From Mucilaginibacter sp. (GTDB lineage: Bacteria; Bacteroidota; Bacteroidia; Sphingobacteriales; Sphingobacteriaceae), in contig JBQCIS010000114.1 of assembly GCA_051953515.1 (NCBI GenBank), forward strand, positions 2,226 to 66,225: a stretch of 64,000 nucleotides of DNA, given 5' to 3'. The notes beneath the pieces are model-generated. The model was not told where the DNA came from and ran no database searches. It saw only the letters and a list, made by a program, of their open reading frames with translations. Position numbers and translations under genes: made by a program. Positions 47,625-55,379 of this stretch are shown one piece after another; within the stretch, counting starts at the first letter, position 1; each line of letters begins with the position of its first letter.

Positions 47625-50600
47625 TTAATCAATGATGTTAAAGCGCTTTTTGAAAATGGGCCTTTTTTGTTTCAAAAACTCGGAAGGGTTTACGCCAAAC
47701 AGATTAAAGAACTGCGTACGGAAATATTTGATGCTATTGAATCCTGTTTCCAGCGCAACTTCATTCACGTTCATATCGGACTCAATCAGGAGCTGAGCAG
47801 CTTTTCGCAGACGGATATATCTTATAAAACCGTTAACCGTGTGCCCCGATAATGACTTAACTTTTCTGTACAGGTTAGAATGGCTCATACCGATTTCCGC
47901 TGCCAGTACTTTAATGGAAAAATTTTCATCTGTCAAGTGCCGCTCAACAATATAAATACACTTTTCGAGGAATAATTTATACTCATCTGAGATAACAATG
48001 TCAGGCGATTTAAGGGTAATTGTATTAAAAAAGTAGTCCTGTAAATTGGAACGCATCTGCAGCAGATTGGCAATGCGCGCTATCAGAACATCTTTTTCAA
48101 AAGGCTTCTGGATATAATCATCAGCACCGCTTTCAAGGCCTTTGATCTTGTTTTCCAGACCAGCGCTTGCCGTAAGCAGAATCATAGGAATATAACTAAG
48201 TTGCTGATCCTGTTTTATGATAGAACAGAGCTCTATTCCATTCATACCCGGCATCATTACATCACATACAATCATGTCAGGCTGTCTTTTTCGGGCAATT
48301 TCAAGACCGGCTTCCGCATTTTCAGCCTCGTATACCACATAAATTCCTTCCAAAATGGACCGGATATATTTCCTGATCTGATTGTCATCATCAATCACCA
48401 GGATCGTTCTCTTGTCTGTAAAGATTTCCCGTATCTGGTATGCTGCTTCATCAGCGGTTGTTACGTCCTGATTTTCTGTTTTACCGTCTGCTAATTCAGC
48501 AAGGAGGGCAGAGGCTTGATCTGATATTTCCACTATTTCGGTAGTGCCGGAATGTTGGGTACCTTTTGGCAATTCAAGGCTGAATATTGTGCCATGACCT
48601 GCGGCGCTTTTAAAAGTGAGCTGTCCGTGATGTTGATTGGTAAACTGTTTGGCAAGGTAAAGCCCGATGCCAAAACCGCTTTGCTGTCCCTGTTTGTTTG
48701 ATCGATAGAATTTTTCAAATATACTCGTCCCAACGTTTGCCGGGATACCTGGCCCGCTATCAGCCACCTCGATAACAATGTTATTGGTAAACTCTAACAA
48801 TCGTACGGTTACTTTTTGTCCTTTAGGCGTATACTTGATGGCGTTTGAAATAAGGTTGAATAGAATGATCTCAATCTTTTCGCGGTCGCCGTAAATAACT
48901 ATAGCATTTTCAGGAATTTCAAGTTCAAAACAGATATCATTCAACTTGGCCTGCTGAACGAAGCATAGGTAAACTTCGCGGCATACTACAACAATGTTTA
49001 AGCCGGCAATTTGCAAATTGTCAGCTACCGCATCAGCTTTTCTGAAAAGCAACAACTGGTCAACTAAGCTAAGCAGGCGTTTCGAGTTGCGGTAAACTAT
49101 ATCCAGCTCCCTGCGATCTTGGCCCGCGCTATTCTGTAACAGGTCTTTTACCGGATTAATGATGAGTGATAATGGTGTACGAAACTCATGCGAAACACCG
49201 GTGAAGAAATCAATACGGCGCTCATTCAGTTCTTTTTCTTTTTCCTGCAGGTTTCGCTGAAATTCGGCATTTGCATTGGCCAGTTTTACTTCATACTTTA
49301 ACCTGTTTTCCCTAAACCGGTTCCTGAAGAACCAATAGAGAAGTCCGGTTAAAATGAGGGTATATGCAATATAAGCCCAAATAGTACGGTACCACGGCGG
49401 CAATACAATAATCTGTAAAGTAAGGTTTTTCTGTATCCACTTCCCATCAGGATTAGTACAATTGATGCGAAGCGTATAATTGCCCGGATCTAACCGTGTA
49501 TATAGTATATTGCGCTGCTGGCCTGCGTCAATCCAATCCCGGTCCCAACCCTGAAGCATATAACGATACCTGATTCTTTCCTGGGCAGTAAACTCTATTG
49601 CGGCAAAGCGAAACGATAATGATGCTTTTGCGAAAGGGACAATTAGCGACGTGAGCCGTGCATGGCTATCTGCAACCATATAACCATCTTGCGGGTTCGG
49701 CTCCTTACCATTGATTTTAAGATCCGTTAACGCAATATCAGGATCATTTCGCAGTGCGCCCAATTGTTCCGGGGCAAAGATTGTAAGACCACCCGTCCCG
49801 CCGAAGGCCAGTTCGCCGCTTCTTAATGCAGCAGATGCATTGAAGTTGAATTCCCTGCTGGCCAAGCCATCACTGGTGAAGAAATTGGTAAACGACTGGT
49901 CGCGCGGATCAAAGCGACACAGGCCATTGTATGTGCTCAGCCATAATTTATGCGCCCGGTCTTCCTCAATAGATAATATGTTATTGTCGCACAGACCGGT
50001 CTTAGTGGTGTATTGACTGGTAACCTTCCCCTGAGATTTTGCAAAGTACATTAACCCGCCTTCTGTTCCCAGCCAAAGGTCGCCGTTGGAGCACAGACGG
50101 ATCGACCTTACCGGTTTACCTATACGATAATATTTAAATTTTTTTCGTTTTGCATCAATCTCATATATCCCATCAAAGTTGCCGGCCCATAACTTGCCGT
50201 ACTTATCTTCGCGTAAAGCGAGGATATTAGATATTTCTGCGTCGTAAAGCAAAAAGGCGTCCGAATGCCGGTCATAAAGATATAGCCCGTCCTGTAATCC
50301 GCTTGCCCAGATATTCCCATTATGGTCCAGGCAAAAGCACCAGAAGGTAAGGGCGTTTTTGCCGTTAGCACCATGCCCGAAATAGGTTTTAAATTTGTTT
50401 TCGTCAGGCTGATAAAGATCGATGCCGCCACCATAGGTTGCTATCCATATTTTTTTAGCAGAATCCTGTATAATGCTGGTTACAAAGTCGGAGCTTATTG
50501 TTCCGGGAATACGCGGATCCCTGCGAAGGTTTGTAAACCGGCTTTCTTTACGATTCCAAATACTTAAACCGCCACCGTCGGTACCGATCCATATTTTTTG

Positions 50601-51755
50601 ATCGCGATCCTCAAATACCGATTTTACAAAATTGCTGATAAGGCTATTGGAGTTTAACGGATCATGCCGTACGTTTTGAAACTGACTTTTTACATCATCT
50701 ATAACGTTGATTCCGCCGCGCAACGTTCCGATCCATTTTCGGCCGTCCCTATCCAATAACATGCTATAAACAGCATCGCTGGAAAGCGCTTGCTGGTTAT
50801 AACCTGCTGATAAATAGCTAACGTGACTGCGGCTATTGTCGAGGATCTGAATACCGCCTCCATCAGTGCCTACCCATAAAGTTCCGTCAGGCATTTGCCG
50901 TAAACAGGTTACCCTATTTGACCGGAATCCTGATGTTGATTCGCTGAATATCTTATCATAGCCGTTATTTTGGGTATTAAAGTGATACAGGCCCACTGTT
51001 GTGCCCACCCACAGGTTCTGGTGATCGGGATAGAGGCAAGTGCCTGAGGCCACGCTTGAATTAATAGCATGCAGCTTTCTTTTTACAGGGTCGTATTCAT
51101 AAAGACCGTTTCCGGCTATCATTAAATAGGTTTTACCGCCAGGAAGAATCAATAATGCATCAACAGAGTAATCGTACCGGGTAATACCATTATTATTCCA
51201 TGGAATACAATGTCCAACGTTATTTCCTTTGTCAAAAACGATTAACCCGCCGTTAAGGGTTGCAGCATATATCTGACCGTGCTTGTCTATCTGGACATCA
51301 TGAATATAATTGGTGATCCGGGCATGCGTTCCGTCGGGATGAACAACATAGGCAGCGGCGAACTGTTCGGTCAGCGGGTTCAATACGCTGATACCTTGCC
51401 GCGTTCCTACCCATAACCTGTTAAGCAGATCCTCTGTAATGCAGTTTACATAGCTGTGAATAATTGAAGTTGTATCTTCAGGCTGATTGCGGTAAACCCG
51501 GAAATCATAGCCATCATAACGGTTCAGGCCATTATAAGTTCCAAACCAAAGGAGGCCCTTACTGTCCTGAAATATGCAACGTATTTCGCTGTTCGATAGT
51601 CCATCCTTTAAACCAATTTTATCAATATTATATAAAGGGCTGGCTAAAGTAAGCTGTGCCGACAGAAGCCAAAAAAAGGTTATCAATCCGGTAAAAAAAG
51701 GGAAGCTTTTTACAATTCCTAAAGACAGACTCGCGCTCCTGTTCTTGCCGATCAT
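47625..51755 (-). CDS. Hybrid two-component system sensor kinase/response regulator with AraC-type HTH (HTCS-2)
   Basis: The first ATG is at 51755 (MIGKNRS...); the track start at 51770 is TTG. Propeller repeats (LWFGTYNGL, LWVGTDGGGI), TM IWAYIAYTLILTGLLYWFF, HisKA FTGVSHEFRTPLSLI, HATPase GFGIGLYLAK, receiver ILVIDDDNQIR...CDVMMPGMNG, AraC HTH YFRTQFFNLFGVNPSEF. Confidence 0.95.
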   Translation of the reverse strand: MIGKNRSASLSLGIVKSFPFFTGLITFFWLLSAQLTLASPLYNIDKIGLKDGLSNSEIRCIFQDSKGLLWFGTYNGLNRYDGYDFRVYRNQPEDTTSIIHSYVNCITEDLLNRLWVGTRQGISVLNPLTEQFAAAYVVHPDGTHARITNYIHDVQIDKHGQIYAATLNGGLIVFDKGNNVGHCIPWNNNGITRYDYSVDALLILPGGKTYLMIAGNGLYEYDPVKRKLHAINSSVASGTCLYPDHQNLWVGTTVGLYHFNTQNNGYDKIFSESTSGFRSNRVTCLRQMPDGTLWVGTDGGGIQILDNSRSHVSYLSAGYNQQALSSDAVYSMLLDRDGRKWIGTLRGGINVIDDVKSQFQNVRHDPLNSNSLISNFVKSVFEDRDQKIWIGTDGGGLSIWNRKESRFTNLRRDPRIPGTISSDFVTSIIQDSAKKIWIATYGGGIDLYQPDENKFKTYFGHGANGKNALTFWCFCLDHNGNIWASGLQDGLYLYDRHSDAFLLYDAEISNILALREDKYGKLWAGNFDGIYEIDAKRKKFKYYRIGKPVRSIRLCSNGDLWLGTEGGLMYFAKSQGKVTSQYTTKTGLCDNNILSIEEDRAHKLWLSTYNGLCRFDPRDQSFTNFFTSDGLASREFNFNASAALRSGELAFGGTGGLTIFAPEQLGALRNDPDIALTDLKINGKEPNPQDGYMVADSHARLTSLIVPFAKASLSFRFAAIEFTAQERIRYRYMLQGWDRDWIDAGQQRNILYTRLDPGNYTLRINCTNPDGKWIQKNLTLQIIVLPPWYRTIWAYIAYTLILTGLLYWFFRNRFRENRLKYEVKLANANAEFQRNLQEKEKELNERRIDFFTGVSHEFRTPLSLIINPVKDLLQNSAGQDRRELDIVYRNSKRLLSLVDQLLLFRKADAVADNLQIAGLNIVVVCREVYLCFVQQAKLNDICFELEIPENAIVIYGDREKIEIILFNLISNAIKYTPKGQKVTVRLLEFTNNIVIEVADSGPGIPANVGTSIFEKFYRSNKQGQQSGFGIGLYLAKQFTNQHHGQLTFKSAAGHGTIFSLELPKGTQHSGTTEIVEISDQASALLAELADGKTENQDVTTADEAAYQIREIFTDKRTILVIDDDNQIRKYIRSILEGIYVVYEAENAEAGLEIARKRQPDMIVCDVMMPGMNGIELCSIIKQDQQLSYIPMILLTASAGLENKIKGLESGADDYIQKPFEKDVLIARIANLLQMRSNLQDYFFNTITLKSPDIVISDEYKLFLEKCIYIVERHLTDENFSIKVLAAEIGMSHSNLYRKVKSLSGHTVNGFIRYIRLRKAAQLLIESDMNVNEVALETGFNSIKYFRTQFFNLFGVNPSEFLKQKRPIFKKRFNIID

Positions 51756-52106
51756 CGATTTCTGTGCCAATTGTTCAGATTGAAAAACGCAGAGACATTA
51801 TAATAGAATGGAATTATTTTTCCGTACGGGGAGGCTTTGGTTGGTTGAGACGCTTTAAAATAGTTTCCCAGCTTTTTTTTACGCGCTCTTCATCCACCTG
51901 TGGCTTTTTGATTTTGAACGTGTCGGAAATATCAGTTTCCTTAATTTTTTTCATCGCAGTCTCTTATGCCATTGTACGGCTGCAAATAACAACCCTGTTT
52001 TGTTAACAAATGTATAAGAAATATTGAATAATGGACAGATAATGTACTTATAGATATGAACATAGCTTCTGATAGAGAAGGTTGCCGTCTTAAATTTTCT
52101 TAATGA

Positions 52107-52133
52107 TGAGTATCGGGATGTGGATTTTCCGTC
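52107..52133 (+). promoter_or_regulatory. ECF-sigma-type promoter-like motif TGAGTAT-N16-CGTC directed at the beta-helix hydrolase gene
   Basis: taatgaTGAGTATcgggatgtggattttcCGTCcttattg is an exact match. CGTC ends 27 nt before the ATG at 52160. Confidence 0.55.
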
Positions 52134-52159
52134 CTTATTGCAATTATTAATCGAAACCA

Positions 52160-53644
52160 ATGTCTAAATTTCTGTTACCATTAATCATTATTATCTTATT
52201 TGTATTCAATTACGCAGATGCCCAGCTCATTACCTATAAACAACCGGATTGTAATATGGTCAGTCATGCCTATGGAGTTGAGGTAAGGCAGGGGAAAGGC
52301 GATTGGCAGAATGCAGGCGTTTATCAGGCTGATGTCGCCGCTAAATTAGATGCGCAACATGTTACAAAAAAAACATGCTTTACATATTTCGATTGCTCGG
52401 GTAATGTTAACGTCAGGGTAAAAGTTAACTATAGCAACGTAAGGACCGCGATAGTAAGACCTGCTTCTTATGGAATTGTTCCCAGGATCAGGGGCAATTT
52501 TATAGAGTTTTCAATGAAGCCGTCTCAATATATTTCTTTAGAGGTGAACGGCGACATTTTTCAGAATCTTCAGCTTTTTTCAAACGTTATTGAAAAAGAC
52601 AGGCCAAAGGCCGGCGATCCTAATGTGATCTACTTTGGCCCCGGAGTGCATAATATTGGTCGGATGGAAGTACCCGCTAACAAGACGGTTTATATTGCAG
52701 GAGGTGCAATTGTAGAAGGCGGGTTTATAATGGATCACGTGAAAAACATAAATATTCGCGGCCGCGGTATTCTAACACAATATATCGTACGACCCGACCA
52801 AAATCTCAGCGAAGCCAGGCCGTTGTCTCACGGTGAGCGCGATGACCAGATGCTGATACAGTATAGTGAAAATGTAAATGTAAGCGGCATTATAGAAGTG
52901 CCTAAAGGTTATTCGGTAATGGTCGGGCAGTCGAAACAGATCAGTATTTCGGATTTTAAATCATTTAGCGCGCTGGGTAATGCGGATGGGATCGATATAT
53001 TTTGCAGCAGCAGCGTGGCAATCAATCGCATCTTTATGCGAAACTCAGACGACTGTATCGCAATCTATGGTCATCGCTGGCATTACTATGGCAATACCAA
53101 TAATATTACCATTGATAATGCTACGCTTTGGGCCGATGTTGCACATCCTGTACTCATTGGTACGCATGGCGATACAAGTCATCCTGATACGTTACAAAAT
53201 ATCGGGTTTCACAATCTGGTAATTCTGGATCAGCATGAAAACCAGCTCGACTACCAGGGATGCATGGCAATTAATGCAGGAGATAGCAATTTGATAAGGA
53301 ATATCAGTTTCGAGAATGTGGAGGTTGGAAATATTCGCAAGGGCCAGTTATTTAACCTTCGCGTCATGTTTAACAGAAAATATAATACATCACCGGGACG
53401 CGGAATAGTGCATATCCGGTTTAAAAATGTGAGTTATACGGGTTCACGCGCCAACATGTCTGTTATCAGTGGATATGATGATCTTCGCACCGTCAAAGAT
53501 GTTGTTTTTGAAAATCTTAAAATTAATGGAACGTTGATATACGATAAGATGACAACCAAACCGGGATTCTATAAAACCGGCGACATGGCAAACATTTTTA
53601 TCGGCGAACATACCGAGGGAATAAACTTTATTACAGGCAACTAA
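52160..53644 (+). CDS. Right-handed beta-helix glycoside hydrolase, GH28-like (polygalacturonase-type motifs; GH49-like N-terminal sandwich possible)
   Basis: Signal peptide. GNADGIDIF (NxDG), MRNSDDCIAIYG (DDC), LIGTHGD (HG) and IRFKNV (R-x-K) occur in GH28 order. Confidence 0.6.
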   Translation: MSKFLLPLIIIILFVFNYADAQLITYKQPDCNMVSHAYGVEVRQGKGDWQNAGVYQADVAAKLDAQHVTKKTCFTYFDCSGNVNVRVKVNYSNVRTAIVRPASYGIVPRIRGNFIEFSMKPSQYISLEVNGDIFQNLQLFSNVIEKDRPKAGDPNVIYFGPGVHNIGRMEVPANKTVYIAGGAIVEGGFIMDHVKNINIRGRGILTQYIVRPDQNLSEARPLSHGERDDQMLIQYSENVNVSGIIEVPKGYSVMVGQSKQISISDFKSFSALGNADGIDIFCSSSVAINRIFMRNSDDCIAIYGHRWHYYGNTNNITIDNATLWADVAHPVLIGTHGDTSHPDTLQNIGFHNLVILDQHENQLDYQGCMAINAGDSNLIRNISFENVEVGNIRKGQLFNLRVMFNRKYNTSPGRGIVHIRFKNVSYTGSRANMSVISGYDDLRTVKDVVFENLKINGTLIYDKMTTKPGFYKTGDMANIFIGEHTEGINFITGN

Positions 53645-53702
53645 CAGCACCATTCCTGGCTCAAATTACTTTGCGCTTTTCTCCATATTGGTGGCTAAAA
53701 GT

Positions 53703-53737
53703 AACCGCATAATCAACATAAAATTGATTATGCGGTT
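53703..53737. terminator. Bidirectional terminator hairpin between convergent genes
   Basis: AACCGCATAATCAA (53703-53716) pairs with TTGATTATGCGGTT (53724-53737): 14-bp perfect stem with a 7-nt loop. Confidence 0.7.
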
Positions 53738-53766
53738 TATATTACCGTCCTATCTGATTTTAAAAA

Positions 53767-55035
53767 CTATCTGGTATAAGTTAAGGTGCCAAATCCTAAT
53801 TGATCATAACCACCGCTTGTTGTGCCGTAGTCACCGCCGCCGCCTTCGGGCCTTACTTGTGCGGCATAAGCTGCAATATTAGGCGAACTTAGTCCGCGCA
53901 ATTCAACATAGTAGCCGTAAAGTAATTCCCAGCTTGGACGTATGTCGCCTCTGCCGGAAGAAGAGATTACTGTTTGTGATTGCGGCGCGCAGGTGGTACC
54001 GTTGCCCCAATTGTAAGTGGTAAATGGCACGGTGTTCCCCAGATTATAAGACGCTATGTATTCGCACATCCCCTGTATCCTTGGTCTGACGTCTTTCCAT
54101 GGATTGTATTGAAAAAGATCCTGTCCCTGGTTGAAAGCCATTTGGCAGATCGCTCCGTAAAGGGATACATCAAGGCAACTATGACCCTGGTCGCGGCCAC
54201 TTTCCTGGCATTGCGAAATGCCACCCTGATCGGGATAAGCAAATGGCGCTACGTGTCCGTACGCGCCATTTCCGGCCCCGCTTTTGAAATAACTGATCGC
54301 TTCATTAAACTTGGCTGTGTCATCACATAATACTCCGATTGACAGCACGCTGGCCATACTACAGGCGTCCCAGTTGGCCCAGTAATTGGTGATGCAGGCA
54401 CCGTTGTGATTGGTCAGAAAATCATGATTCATTGGATAAAATATAGTTAGCATCATATTCTGGAAACGGGCAAAGTCTGCCGCTGACCACCCGCTGTACG
54501 ATCGCATAATCTCGGCAGCATTTGCAAATTCATAACCATAGATACCTGCCGCGAGAAAACGATCTGCCGTTCCCTGAATAGAAGTGAGGGTTGAAGACCA
54601 GGCATTCATGATGCTAACGGCCTCATCGGCATTTGCAGTGGTGCCGGCAATCTTCCACCGCAGAGCGTTCTGGTAAGCGGCAGCGATATCATTATACAAT
54701 TTTGAATAATTTTCGGGATAGCCGCTGCCTCGGTAGACGATAGCCGCCGGCCCCTGCATTACATAGGTGGATGAGGAATGCGAGTTAGCAAGCAGTTTAT
54801 CCCATCCTGAAGTTTGTGGCTGTGCGCCCGTGTTAACCTTGCTGATCATTCTGGAAAAGTCTGCCGCACTGTGCAGCAGTCCGGGGTGGGCGAAGGTTGT
54901 TGGGAGCGAATTTACCTGCCGCGCATTTTGTGCAGAAGTTGTGGGACCGGTTTGTGTGGCTGATGCATTTTTCTTACATGAAGACGCAATGCAGGTGCAT
55001 ACGGCCACGGTGGCCATTAAAAGTGTTGCTTTCAT
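53767..55035 (-). CDS. Alginate-lyase-fold polysaccharide lyase-like lipoprotein (paralog of 30490..31608)
   Basis: Lipoprotein signal (CIASSC). FAHPGLLHSAADFSRM, NYWANWDACSMASVLSIGVL and QCQESGRDQGHSCLDVS are present. Confidence 0.5.
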   Translation of the reverse strand: MKATLLMATVAVCTCIASSCKKNASATQTGPTTSAQNARQVNSLPTTFAHPGLLHSAADFSRMISKVNTGAQPQTSGWDKLLANSHSSSTYVMQGPAAIVYRGSGYPENYSKLYNDIAAAYQNALRWKIAGTTANADEAVSIMNAWSSTLTSIQGTADRFLAAGIYGYEFANAAEIMRSYSGWSAADFARFQNMMLTIFYPMNHDFLTNHNGACITNYWANWDACSMASVLSIGVLCDDTAKFNEAISYFKSGAGNGAYGHVAPFAYPDQGGISQCQESGRDQGHSCLDVSLYGAICQMAFNQGQDLFQYNPWKDVRPRIQGMCEYIASYNLGNTVPFTTYNWGNGTTCAPQSQTVISSSGRGDIRPSWELLYGYYVELRGLSSPNIAAYAAQVRPEGGGGDYGTTSGGYDQLGFGTLTYTR

Positions 55036-55091
55036 TTTTAGAGTAAGTTATTGGTTTATAGATACTGAATAGGGACAGTAATTGAATAATA

Positions 55092-55118
55092 GACAGGAAT
55101 TTGCTTAACCAATACTCA
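55092..55118 (-). promoter_or_regulatory. Variant of the ECF-type promoter-like motif (TGAGTAT-N16-TGTC) directed at the 422-aa lyase-fold gene
   Basis: The minus strand reads ttTGAGTATtggttaagcaaattccTGTCtattatt, with the exact spacer and one mismatch in the -10 element. It lies 57 nt upstream of the ATG at 55035. Confidence 0.4.
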
Positions 55119-55246
55119 AAAAATAAAATTAAAATTAATGTACGGGCTCTAGCTTTTATAATGACAGTCATTTCAGGCTGCAAGCCAATATGTTTCCGAA
55201 CGCAACTCTCTGCACATATTTATTTTCTGACAATTAACGATATAGA

Positions 55247-55273
55247 TGAGTATCGATAGTCTTTTACGTCGTC
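55247..55273 (+). promoter_or_regulatory. ECF-sigma-type promoter-like motif TGAGTAT-N16-CGTC directed at the 2,392-aa gene
   Basis: tatagaTGAGTATcgatagtcttttacgtCGTCtatatcc is an exact match, 107 nt upstream of the ATG at 55380. Confidence 0.55.
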
Positions 55274-55379
55274 TATATCCGTGAATGTGTAATTGTAAAA
55301 CCATTATGCTCCTGGCATAGGTAAACCGTAACCTGTGCCGGAGTAATGCCTAAGTTATTCACCTAATCTATCAAAGTAA

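Noticed and set aside
51764-52160. 80-aa (+) and 69-aa (-) ORFs in the HTCS-2 / beta-helix-hydrolase intergenic region
   Set aside because: The translations are hydrophobic and low-complexity with no family resemblance. They overlap the predicted promoter motif at 52107-52133.
53688-53882. 64-aa ORF spanning the terminator at 53703-53737
   Set aside because: It runs through the bidirectional terminator hairpin and into the 3' end of the convergent lyase-fold gene.
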